DNA of 61,476 nt, counting the filler, from Dugesia japonica (taxonomy: Eukaryota): the NCBI GenBank assembly GCA_001938525.1. It is 5 parts of 5 records of this genome, joined end to end, with 100 filler letters (N's around TTAATTAATTAA, not from the genome) between each part and the next. Parts side by side here need not be neighbours in the genome. Positions count along the whole stretch, not along the records: positions 1 to 10,774 come from MQRL01505756.1; positions 10,875 to 29,083 come from MQRL01648413.1; 3 more parts are not named here. One strand, 5' to 3'. Below, in pieces: positions 10,064 through 22,032 of this stretch. The notes under the pieces were generated by a model. The model was not told the origin of the DNA. It was given only the letters and a program-made list of their open reading frames with translations, and ran no database searches. Numbering within the stretch: the stretch's first letter is position 1; every line of letters starts with the position of its first letter. The position numbers were made by a program, and so were the translations under genes.

Positions 10064-10238
10064 GCTGTACTTGTAATTTGTTATAAAAATAATTTTTATT
10101 TAAAAAAGTTTCAAGTTAATCTGTTCGTTTAATTCTGTATGAATCAAAATAAAATGATTTATCAGACGAATGTTTTAGATCTTCACTCGTTTTAAAACAA
10201 ACCCAATGTGAACCGTTTTTATTTGAGTTTTGATAATC
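10064..10238 (-). pseudogene. Second adenain-like protease fragment, cut off before the catalytic Cys (duplicate at 9250-9385)
   Basis: DYQNSNKNGSHWVCFKTSEDLKHSSDKSFYFDSY...YFYNKLQVQQ, running into the AGTAG repeat. Confidence 0.8.
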
Positions 10239-10774
10239 TACGTAACAGCCAAAGCTGAAAAAGAAAGACGACCAAGATTTCATGAGGAAATATGTAAGAG
10301 AAATGCCCAAAAAGTAGCAGAGTATTATCTGGAAGAAATATACTCAATAATATTTTGAGAATGAAAGATTCACCAAGGAGGAGCAGGGAAAACAATGAGC
10401 AGAAATAGTGGTAGCCGTAATAAACAACCCTGTAACAGACGAGAAAACAGAAGTTAACCTACTTGAACTATGTAAGTTATTAGTAGGGGATAAATTGGTA
10501 AAGCCAGAGATCATACGGAAATCCAACATACCCATACAAACAATTTTGCGGTGGAAGACCTAAGGAAACAACGAAGACTGATTCTAGGACTCAAGGTAAA
10601 ACATGAATGGGATCCGATTCAGTTCAATAAACTCTTGGTCAAATGGAGACGAGCAAAAATGGAACAACCCACACCACTACAAATCAAGTTTAGAATAATA
10701 GACCCTAATGGAGACAAAATTCCAATCAGTATACCGATTTATAACAAAGTAAAACGAGAAAGACATACTAGAAG

Positions 10775-10874
10775 NNNNNNNNNNNNNNNNNNNNNNNNNN
10801 NNNNNNNNNNNNNNNNNNTTAATTAATTAANNNNNNNNNNNNNNNNNNNNNNNNNNNNNNNNNNNNNNNNNNNN
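10775..10874. other. Artificial contig linker N44-TTAATTAATTAA-N44
   Basis: Exactly 100 bp with a six-frame stop cassette; four identical occurrences in the window. Confidence 0.97.
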
Positions 10875-11198
10875 TTTTAGGTTAAAAATCAATGCCCTAT
10901 GGTTTTACTGTTATAAGGAATAGCAGAATTCAACGAGTGAAAAAATTAAATTCTAAATTTTATTGTTACTGGTACATAAATTTTGAATGTGAAGGTGATT
11001 CTGAAAAGACGGAAACTTTGAAAAGAAAAATTAATGAAACCATTTATCCAGAATGTGATAAAAAACTTTGTTAATTATTTTGTAAAATAAATATTTGTGT
11101 TTATTCTTTGTTCAATTCATTTATTTATTTGTAATTAAAAAAAAATTCAAACTAAATTTTTACAAGGAATGAAATATTTTAATTTATGAGTTCTTGTT

Positions 11199-12247
11199 AC
11201 ATTCCTATTTTACTTTTTCATTTCCTATATTTTCATAAAAAAATTTTAAAAAAAATATTGAAACATGATTTTCACCATGAAGGAAGCATTTTACGGTACA
11301 AGTTCGTGAGACATTCCTATCTTACTTTTTAATTTCCTATCCAACAATACCTTTCGTCTTTCAATAAAATGAAAAGTGGGCTGATGCGCCATTGTCTACC
11401 TACTCTCACGTCCTTCTTTTTTCACCATGAAGGAAACGTTTTTCGGTAATTATTCTCTGGACAATGTATAGACAGTTTTTAATTCTTAGATCAATGATAT
11501 CATTTTCAAGTTGAAAATTTTAAAGCTACCCCCCCTAAAGTCAAATTTCTTAAAATGTCAAATATCTCAAATCTGAAGCATTTTCTCTGATGGCAATGGA
11601 TATATGAAATGCAGACAATTAAATTTTCTACCTTTTGCGTATAGGTGTTTTGGGGCCATTTTCAAAAATAAAGGAGATAGATTGCTTTTAAATCTTCAAA
11701 GGATAATATGTGTGCCGCCGACACACAAATCGAAAATATGAAGATGACAGAAGTTCTTAGAATTAAATTCTACATCTATAAGTTTAAAGTTGAATTTCCT
11801 TCGACGACTAGGGGGACAGGTGGGGAGTGGGCTGTTGCGCCATAATCCTTATCTCCGAAACGAAGCACTTTTCAATAGTTAATTTCCTTTAGGTCATGTA
11901 TAGGTACTTTTTGATTTTAGGAAGAATGGAATCGGTCTTAACTCGAAAAAATTAAAATTAAAAAATTTAAAAATTTAAAAATTTTAAATTTGAAAAATCC
12001 GTTTACGTTGACGTGTCACTAAATTTTTAACGCAATAATCAGATTCGTCATCACTTTAAAATTCCAACGAGACCAAATTTTACTTAATTAAAACAAAAAA
12101 TTACCACAAAAATTAAATTTTTAAAAAAAATTTTTAAAAAAAATAAAAAAAAAGATAAAAATAAGAAGTAAAAAAAATGTTCAGCCCAAAATTTTCTCTG
12201 ACCAGAGGGTGGGAGGGGGTGGGCTGATGCGCCACTATCTACCTACT
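11199..12247. mobile_element. Right-hand terminal region of an AGTAG-terminated (Polinton-like) DNA element
   Basis: GTGGGCTGATGCGCCA(C/T)T(A/G)TCTACCTACT at 11376-11404 and 12219-12247, a partial copy at about 11827, and short subterminal direct repeats. Confidence 0.5.
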
Positions 12248-15168
12248 CTCAAAACCTACATATTGTATCAAATGCTAAATGTATCAAATGCAAAATCACT
12301 GGTGGTTGGGGATACACTTCAGACACCGCTTGGATAGCTTATGATGCTTCTTTTGCATACCCGCTAATCATGAGGGTGTCGAGGTAACCTCGTTTGTCTC
12401 CGTCCCAACAATTTAAAACTTTGCTCTCCCCTAAAAGAAATTCTGTGGTAGCCCATGGTTACTAGGAAACAATATAAAATAGTATACAACCATTCAAAAG
12501 AGAAATTTATTTTTTAATATCGGCAGAACTCAATCTGATAATAATATTTATAAAAACTGGAATTGAATTTAAAAGAATATTAAGTGATTTACTTAAAATG
12601 AAAGATTTTTGGTAAAAGGAGAACTTGTTCATAACACTTCGCTTAAAAGTCATAAATAATCGAGACATTACAAAATAAGATGAAGCATTGTATTTATGTA
12701 TTGTTTTCATAAGACATTTAAATTAATTTTTAATATCTAAAATGATGCAAACAAATGCTAGTCTTCGGCAATAAATTCAAAATTAATGTTTTCGTCTGGA
12801 TCGACTAATCTACACTGATATTCAATCGAACATAGACAAATATATGGCGAATCGTAATCAGTATACCAAGAATAACGGGGAAAAAATTTTGAATGAAAAA
12901 CTGTTAAGACTATATATGTAACGGATATTACCGAATAATATTAGTCATGTTATTTAATTAGTATGACGAAACTAATAAAAATTAAGATGATTAATATACT
13001 ATTTTTTTAAGTTATTCAAACGTGAATATAGATTAGAGCAAATAATAAGTACCTATTTTATTGTCATACTATTTGGTTATATTCGTTGTAAATATATATA
13101 TATATATAGTAAAAAATAAATAACGCCATTTAAAATAAAACTTTATTGTGATATAGCCTTTTCATTATTTTATAGAGATTGTTTCATAATTCTACATTAT
13201 TATAAATGAATAATATTTAGAAAACCGATGCACAATAACTAGTCTTTAATACATTTTAATTTTTCACCACGATGAAAATAGCGAACGTGTTAAAAATCCA
13301 ATCGTTGGAAGGCTTTTGAAATATTTACCATTATATTCATAAAATACCAAGCATAATCTCTCATTGTTAAGCAATTAAACATAACAAAGATTAATATCAG
13401 TTTCTTGATTGGTAAGAATATTTCAAACGAATAATAAATAAAATAAACGATATTACAAATTCCTCAACATTCATCATAGACAACCAAACAAAAAAAAAGA
13501 AATCAAACAAATCCTTTGACGACTCCACCTCTGTATAGAGCAGACAACAAAAACATTTGTCAAAAAAAATTTTTAACTGGAGCAAACGTAAACGAATAAG
13601 GAGACAGATATTGGCATATATATGTCTAGTTATTAATTCTTTCAAAATTGAACACTGTGGATTCTAGCATTTATTTTTAATATAATTTTATAATAACAGT
13701 TGTTTCATGAACATATTAATTTAAAAATAGAAAAGAAATTCATAAAAAATAACATTTATTTAAAATAGCATAAATTATATGTAAAAAAAACACAAAATAA
13801 AATTTTTAAAAATTTGCAAAAAAATTACAAAAATTTAAAATTAAAACATTCTAAGTATAATATATCTAAAATACTTAAGAGACTTTTCTATATTAAATAA
13901 TACAAAAAATTATTTTTGAAATTTTTTGAGTTGAGTTGATTTAAAAAATAAAATCATTAAAATTTCAAATTAAAAGTATAAAAAATTAACCAATAAAATT
14001 TCGATAAAATTTGAAGAATTGAGTAACAAAGATCTATTGTATTGAATATCTCAAGAATTGTATTGAATGTTCCTGAAGAAGACTATTGTCGAAAATTTGA
14101 ACCTTTTTACAAATAAATTTTATTTTGTTCGAAGCCTTTTCTTATTTTAATGAAATCTCAAATCCGATCAATGCTTAAGTCCAACAATTATTTTCACAAT
14201 AATTGTAATTATGTAATGATACTTATTTAAATTTAATTTTAAAAATATTATTTTAATAGAAATTTCAACAAAATGATAAAACATTTAAACTCGGTTTTTG
14301 AAAACATCCTCATGATCATTTTTTCCTATTTCTAAAAGAAACTTAAATATATAATTTCTTTGCTTATATACGCTACCTTTCTTTGATTGTTCATTAGTTA
14401 AGTAATCGAATAATACGTTAAAGATCTCTACCCGAAACTTCTCCTTGCCATTAAATATATCACTATTCGCAAATATCTTTCACTTTTCGTAAAGATTTTT
14501 TTTCTTAACCGTTTATTTGAATCATTAGTTTCATATATTCAAATTCTTAGCTTTTACTTTGCTCTTAGTACTTTTTGTTTTAAATTTCCCGAAATTGTTT
14601 TACAAATAATTCTAATGTTATACATAAAATTTTGCTTATTTTGTTAAAATGTTTTTGGACTTCCTCCGATATTATTGTCAAAATTTTATTTTCAAGTTTT
14701 ATTAATTTTTTAAATAGAATAATCGTTTCTTTTTTACAATAAAGTTTTTCTTCACCTTCCTCACGAATATACTTAACATTTTAAATGCAATAAATGGATG
14801 ATGATTCATATATATTCATACGTATAATCGTTGCAAAATCCCAAAATAAGCAATTCTTGGTGTCAATATTCTAACTGTTTCTATTCCTACTAAAGTTAAA
14901 ATTTGCTTCATAAGGTATAAAATCAGCGTATTTGTTTCAACAAAGTATTCCGCATTATAATGTATTATTTAAGAATCTAACCTTACCAAGAATGGCAGCT
15001 TTGCAATCATTTTTAACGTTTGTTATTGATGATTTACTAGAGATTATCATAAATGTTGTTCACAATAATGTAAATGTAATCAAGGCTTAAAAGCAAGTAT
15101 ATGAAAAATATAAACAATTAGTATTATCGTCTGTAAATAGTAAAATAGTAATAGATTAATGAGAACAT

Positions 15169-18100
15169 TGTTATATAACAAAGTGATTACTTTAAAGGTG
15201 TATTACTACCAATTTAGCAAGAAAAACAGAAACCTCATCAAACATTTATTTAATACATTTATTATTTAATACAAAGTTACTATGAAATCAAAAAACAGAC
15301 CCCGAAAAGTTTTAATATTCAAATAAATATGAGCAATAATTATTTTAATTATTTTCTAAAAATATTTTAATTTCATATAAATTTGAAATTAAGCAATTCA
15401 AATATCATTCTCACATCCCCTATCTTTAAGAAATTTTTGATCTTTTCGAAATTTCTTTCCATCGTCCGACCCAGATATGTCATGTATCTTTTTTACTACT
15501 AAGAATGGACCTACAAAACGATCTTGATCCTTATTTCTTGTTTCCTCCTCGATAAGCACTGCAACTAAAATATTGAATGTTCTCCTGGTTGGGTACGTAA
15601 CCTTCGGTATATTTTCTAACTTCTCGAACTCTAGTTTTCTAGGTGGAATCCATCTTTCTCTGTTGATTTTTCTACCAAACACCATTTCCGACAGGCTTTT
15701 ACCTTTGTTTTCTGTACTGTCGCTTTTATTGCAAATTCAATTTTTGGTAGAATTTCTGCCCAATTCATTGCGTTTCTGTCTGCTATTGATGCCCCAATCC
15801 AGTCTCTAACAGTCCAAAATTTTCTTTCTATCTGTCCATTCGTATTATGGTGATAAGGACTTGAGAAACATAGTTTAATATTTATCTCATCTTCCAATTC
15901 TTTGATTATTTGTGATTTAAATACCTTACCACAATCTGTATGAATATATCTTGGAGCTCCTACCTTTAATATCCAGTTATCTTTCAATACACNNNNNNNN
16001 NNNNNNNNNNNNNNNNNNNNNNNNNNNNNNNNNNNNNNNNNNACATCCCCCATCTTTAAGAAATTTTTGATCTTTTCAACATTTCTTTCCATCGTCCGAC
16101 CCAGGTCATCTAGAACCAGATATGTCATGTATCTTTTTTACTACTAAGAATGGACCTACAAAACGATCTTGATCCTCATTACTTGTTTCCTCCTTGATAA
16201 GCACTGCATCTAAAATATTGAATGTTCTTCTGGTTGGGTACGTAACCTTTGGTATATTGTCTAACTTCTCGAACTCTAGTTTTCTAAGTGGAATCCATCT
16301 TTCTCTGTTGATTTTTGTACCAAACACCGTTTCCGCCAGGCTTTTACCTTTGTTTTCTGTACTGTCGCTTTTATTGCAAATTCAATTTTCGGTAGAATTT
16401 CTGCCCAATTCATTGTGTTTCTGTCTGCTATTGATGCCCCAATCCAGTCTCTAATAGTCCAAAATTTTCTTTCTATCTGTCCATTCTTATTATGGTGATA
16501 AGGACTTGAGAAACATAGTTTAATATTTATCTCATCTTCCAATTCTTTCATTATTTGTGATTCAAATACCTTACCACAATCTGTATGAATATATCTTGGA
16601 GCTCCTACCTTTAATATCCAGTTATCTTTCAATACACAAGTTATTGACTCTTTATCTTGTTTTGCTGTTGCTGTCAATGATATATATTTAATATAGCGAT
16701 CGATAATAGCCACGATATATTTCTTTTTTTGGAAAGTTTCTAGCCATGGTCCTGCTATATCAATAATTATTCTTTCAACACCCTCATCAACTCGGATTTT
16801 ATAGTTAATTCATTAATTTTAGTTGTTACCACCACCTTCATTCGCTGGTATGTTTCGCATCTGTTCATAATTTCCTTTACACTTCCCCACAACCTAGTCA
16901 TGTCATAATGTTTTCTAATATATTTGGCAACTTTTTCAGTTCCTACGTGTGCTAGCAACTGATGCATTTCTCTGATCATATCTGATTTTCTATCTGTTTA
17001 TATTCAATTCCTTCCGTTTTGTGTTAATTTCTGACCGTCTATCCATTGAAATCTCTCTTCCTTACCATCTTTGAGCTGTTCTCGTAATATTCGTATCTCT
17101 TCATTATCTCTTTGACATTTTGATGTTTTCGTTATTTTATTCAAACTTCTCGTTTTTAATTTGCCCCTATAATATCTTCGTGTGTCATCATGCACTGTAC
17201 ACATGTGCCCCATGCCTGCTTTGAGAAAAAATCCGCATTGCCATGTTTGTTGCCTTTCCAATAGTGTAAATAAATGTCTAATTTACGTAGGTAATTGATC
17301 CAATTTTGAAACCGTTCCGTTATAGGCTTCTTCGTAGTTAACATAAACGCAATCGCCTTATAGTCTGTTCGTAGAGTGAATCTTCGCCAATATAAATAGT
17401 GACTGGAATGATTGCAAAAATAGAATATCGCTAGCAGCTCCTTTCTTGTTATACAATAATCAAATTTGTAATTATTCATTGCATGTGATCCATTGTTGTC
17501 AATTTGTGAACATTTGGTACCAATTGTATTGTAGCTTGCATCCGTATCCAGTATGAATTCTCTTCTGACATCCGGAAACACTAAAATTGATGGCTTGGTT
17601 AAAGCTTCTTTCATATCTTTGAATGATTGTTTGCAGCTATCTGTCTTATTATTTCAACTGCACAGTTTTTTTATTTCTATAGCCTTCTTTGCGTAATCCT
17701 TTATGAATCTTCTGTAATAGCAACATATCCTCAAGAAACTCATCAATCCTTTCACGCAATTTGGCTTTTCGTATGTCTGTATTGCAACCAATTTTGCTGG
17801 ATTGGTCTGACCTCCTTTATCACTTATGATGTGTCCCAAAAATTTGATCTCTTTTCTTAGCAATTGACATTTAGACGGGCTCAGACCTAATCCTGCTTGA
17901 TGAATTTTGCTAAATATTTGATCCAGTGTTTTGTAATGCTCTTTCAAGTTTTCTGAATATATTATAATATCGTCTAAATACAGCATTGTTCCCTTAGTTG
18001 TACCTAAAACCTTTGTCATGAGTTCCTGGAATGTCCCAGGTGCCGAAACTATGTAAAACGGCATTCTATTGAAGCAGTATTGACCTGACTTTGTTGAGAA

Positions 18101-19021
18101 GTTTGTTTTATCTTCTGAATCCTCTTCTAGCTCTACTTAATAGTAAGCATTACCTAAATTTAATGAGCTGAAGAAATTTGACCTGCCTAATCTATCCAGA
18201 ATGTCTTCCACATTTGGCATTGGAAATGCTTGTCTTTCCGTAATAGCGTTCAGCTGTCAAAAATCCAAACAGAGACGAATGTATTTCTTTTCTTTTTTCC
18301 AGATTTATATCAGTGTGGTGTTCCATGTTGAATTGTACTTTCCCATAATTCCATTTTCAAAAAGATTACGTACTCCTTCGTTTATCTTATCTTCTAGGTT
18401 CATAGGTGTTCTCCATGGTTTAACATTAATAGGTTCACTTTTTTGTTAATATTTTATGCTTGACCAGTTTTGTGCATCCTATGTCCCATTTATCTGCCGT
18501 AAAGATATTTGAATGTTTTTTTATTAACTCCTTAATCGTGCCATTTTCTAATGCATTTATCTCACTCAAAGCTTTTTGACATCTTTCTTCATCTGTAATA
18601 ATCCTTCCTAAATGAGGCTCAATATTGCAAATCCGATCTTAATTATCTTTTTCTGCTGTATCTATCCAACATAGTTCTAATCCAAAACTGGTCTGCAACT
18701 CAATGCCACCAATTATGCTAGGGATTACCTTTTCCACAACTATGAAATTAATACATTTAGTCATATTGTCGATCCCTACTTCCACCTCAACTCTTCCTTT
18801 GGTACCGCAGCCTGTCCTTGGTTGCTAATAACGGGACATCCTTGAATTTGTAAAGCACATCCATACCCATCACATTAATTCTTGATCCGGTATCCAGTAG
18901 GCATTCAAACTTCATGTTTTGGATCTTTATCGCAATACTCGGTCATATCTAACCACACCTTTTCCCCCATTCTTCCACTGTTGTGATAGTTGGTTCAACT
19001 GCTATTTCTCCCTTGATTATT
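15169..19021 (-). mobile_element. Ty3/Gypsy LTR retrotransposon, decayed pol (PR-RT-RH-IN) with PPT and probable 3' LTR (about 15169-15415)
   Basis: LLDTGS protease, YLDDII RT, ILDTDAS/ITRKELLA RNase H, IHTDCG..NGQIER integrase. PPT AAAGATAGGGGA is followed by TGTGAG at 15415. The integrase 3' end is tandemly duplicated across a gap. Confidence 0.9.
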
Positions 19022-19084
19022 GATATCTCCTTCTTTAAATAATTATAAACTTGTTCTTTGACATCATCCTCTATATTATTGGAA

Positions 19085-21255
19085 TGAGGAAATATTTATT
19101 AATTAATAAGTTTACCCAATAGAAATTGAGTTATATAAATATTAATATTGAAATGTTTGTATTCAATATTATTTATATTATGAAATATGGTTGGTAAAAG
19201 TAAAATAAATGATGTCTCAAAATATTAGTAGTGATTTACAAAATGATTTACCAATTGAAGATTTACCTAACATGGTGGCAGTGGTAAATACCGATTCTAT
19301 TACAGAGAGGTTATTGCCGAATGTGTTCTGCAGAGCAAAGGATATTGAGAAATTCGTCAAGCGGTGTAAATTGTATTTTGAAGCTAAAAACATCGTCAAT
19401 GTGAAACAACAGGAGAGATTAGTCTCTTGTATGTTAGATGAAGATTTTTTGGAATAATATGAAAAGACTTTGAAAAAGGCTCGTATACGTATGGCATTTG
19501 AGAAAGAGAAAGATTTTATCAAAGATTTTCAAAGTTTGATTAACTACAGGCGTGGAAATGAAGAGATTCAAGTTTATTTTAAAAATGTAAAAGATTAAGT
19601 AAAAAGATTATTTACAAATATAAGATTATTTATTTACAGTAGAGGAATTGGTTCGAGCCATCAATTGCTAAATGAAGTCAGTAATTATCCTCAAGGGGTC
19701 GAAAAGTGTGATGATATAGGAGAAGTTACAGAAACAGTATACAGGTTCTAAAGAGGGAAAGTTTTGCGGATGATAGAAAAGTTGAATGGGTTGGAACAGT
19801 TTGAAGCAGAAAAGAAAAAAAATATTTCGTACATTAAATTGCAAGGCAGACCAATTCAAGGAAATAAAGTAGAATGTCTATTAGATACAGGGACTCGAAT
19901 TAACGTGATGAGTTTAAGTTGTTTTAATAAATTACGAGAAGTAAATTTAGAAATGAGTGATGAAAGATTGCGTTGCGCAAATAATAACACACTTGAAATT
20001 GTAGGGAAAGATGGAACCGGAGTGATAATTGATGAAGTTTTTAAAGAGATTACTTTCTTAGTTCCTGAAAGAGTAACACCAGATCTGATAGGAGGAATAG
20101 ATATTGAGAAGATTTTTGGGTATCAGCTTATGCAAAACGCCGATAGCAAAACGGATGAAAAGTCGAAAATCACATTTGCAATATTAAAGTGAAATTCGGA
20201 AGATAAATTAAAAAATGAGAGCTATTAACAAAAGCCTTAAATATTTTGAAGACTAAAGACGATCACAGGTTATTGAAAATAATTAAAAGTAAAGAAGATG
20301 CTTTTATGGCAGATAAATGGGATGTAGGACGCACACTAACCTGACAAGACACAAAAAAACTCAAGTGGTGACCCAATCAATGTAAAACCGTATAGACAAC
20401 CAATTAACTTAGAATCTAAAAACCTTGCATAAAACAATGCATAAGTAAAAAGATTATTTACAAATAAAGATTTTACTAAGGAAAAAATGGTAGCAAAGAT
20501 GCTAGTATATTTTTCAGATAACAAAAAAGTTGCAGAAGAAGTGACTTTGCAGAAACGAGAGAATATAGAAGAAATTGAAGAAACAATGACGTTAGTTGAT
20601 CGAGTAGAGAAAAACAGAGACCAAGTTTATGCAGTTAGAAGATTAAAGAGGATCAATAGTTATTGAAAATAATTAAAAGTAAAGAAGAGGCTTTTATGGC
20701 AGATAAATGGGATGTAGGACGTGCACTAACCTGAAAAGACAAAAAAAACCAATCAATGTTAAACCGTATAGACAACCAATTAACTTAGAATCTAAAAATC
20801 TTTTTGAAGTTAGTAGTATCCGGAAATGCAACTCTCCATGGAATACCCCACTGATTTGTGTTTGGAAAAAGGAAACGAAAGACATAAGAATATGTTTGGA
20901 TTTCAGATAATTGAATGCTGTAACGAAAAGACAAGCCTTTCCTGTGCCTAATGTCGATGAAATGGTGGACAAGTTAGATGGAGCCAAATATTTCAGTTCT
21001 ATAGATTTGGGAAATGCATACATATCAGGTAGAGTTCGAAGAAAAATTTCAAGAAAAACGACGTTTTCAACGAAGCATGGAAAATATTGTTTTAATAGAA
21101 TACCATTTGTCATCACAACGCACCAGATACATTTCAGTATATGATGACAAAAGTGGTAGGCAGAATCAATGGAGCCATGGTTTATCTTGATGACATCCTG
21201 ATATTTACGAACAATAAAGATCAACACTATGAAGTAATTGAAAGAGTATTAACAA
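19085..21255 (+). mobile_element. Ty3/Gypsy copy with short 5' LTR, gag, PR and partial RT; internally deleted and scrambled
   Basis: LTR-like 19085-19187, gag from 19209, LLDTGT protease, RT WNTPL/YLDDIL. A gag piece (about 20440-20640) lies between two copies of the RT N-terminus. Confidence 0.88.
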
Positions 21256-22032
21256 ATTAAATTTTAAATTAAATATTTATTGGGAATTATTATTTTACTG
21301 ATTACTTTCGAAAAGAGATTATTTACATTTTATTATTTCATTAATTTTTTTCTTTAAATCAAAGAAAAAATCATAAATCATTACTTAAGAAAATTTTATT
21401 AGAACTAATTGCTACGAGCTTTAGAGTTCATACTACAATATAGATTACACAATTTCTTAAGTGAGCATTGATAATAATCCATAGTTTTAACCATTTTAAT
21501 TCATCAGAAGAAATCGTTACAGAGCTTTTGATAATATTTCCTAAGAAGTCACCACTTACTTATTAAACTCAAAAGTAAAATGTTCAGATCGATTTTTATA
21601 AAATTTACATCAGTATTTATACCACTTTTCTGATACGCCCTCAATCTTTCTATTTACTCGAAAAATTTTACTATATTTTTAACTGCTATTGACTGAAATT
21701 ACCATGTCATATCGTATCACTTCCTTCTATTAGTTAATTTTTTGGAATTTCAAAATTAATGGAATCCAATTGGCTGTTCTTTAAAACTATTCCTGGTGAA
21801 GTTACCGCTTTCTAACTAAGATTTTCGAAATCTAAGCCTTTTTCTGTTCATGATTTTCTTGTTTGCTAATTTTTAATAAGAATCCTTCGTTTTCTTCTGT
21901 TTTCACTTTATCGCAGATTAATTTTATTTTTGGAATGAATCATTTTAATCCGACTCAATTATTTTTATGTTCATAAATTAATTTTTTTTTCTTCTTTTAT
22001 GATTTATTAATTTGGTTGGTTCGTGTTAAATA

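Larger units (their letters stand above)
1..10238. mobile_element. Decayed endogenous Polinton/Maverick (adintovirus-like) element, partial
   Basis: Co-located protein-primed PolB, adenain-type protease(s), penton-like C-terminus and 2-TM gene. Many stops and frameshifts. No integrase, packaging ATPase or major capsid gene recognised in the window. Confidence 0.88.

Noticed and set aside
5922-10200. Tandem gene amplification in the virus (876-bp and 814-bp duplications)
   Set aside because: Each duplicate pair is split by an N gap and differs only by scattered SNPs; more likely assembly of alleles or paralogous copies.
10819-10830. TTAATTAATTAA palindrome as a biological motif
   Set aside because: Always centred in an exact 100-bp N spacer, so it is synthetic.
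14290-14780. Coding-like minus-strand stretch (similar ones at 21400-21900 and 23420-23780)
   Set aside because: No recognisable motif; lysine/isoleucine-rich translations are expected from AT-rich DNA.
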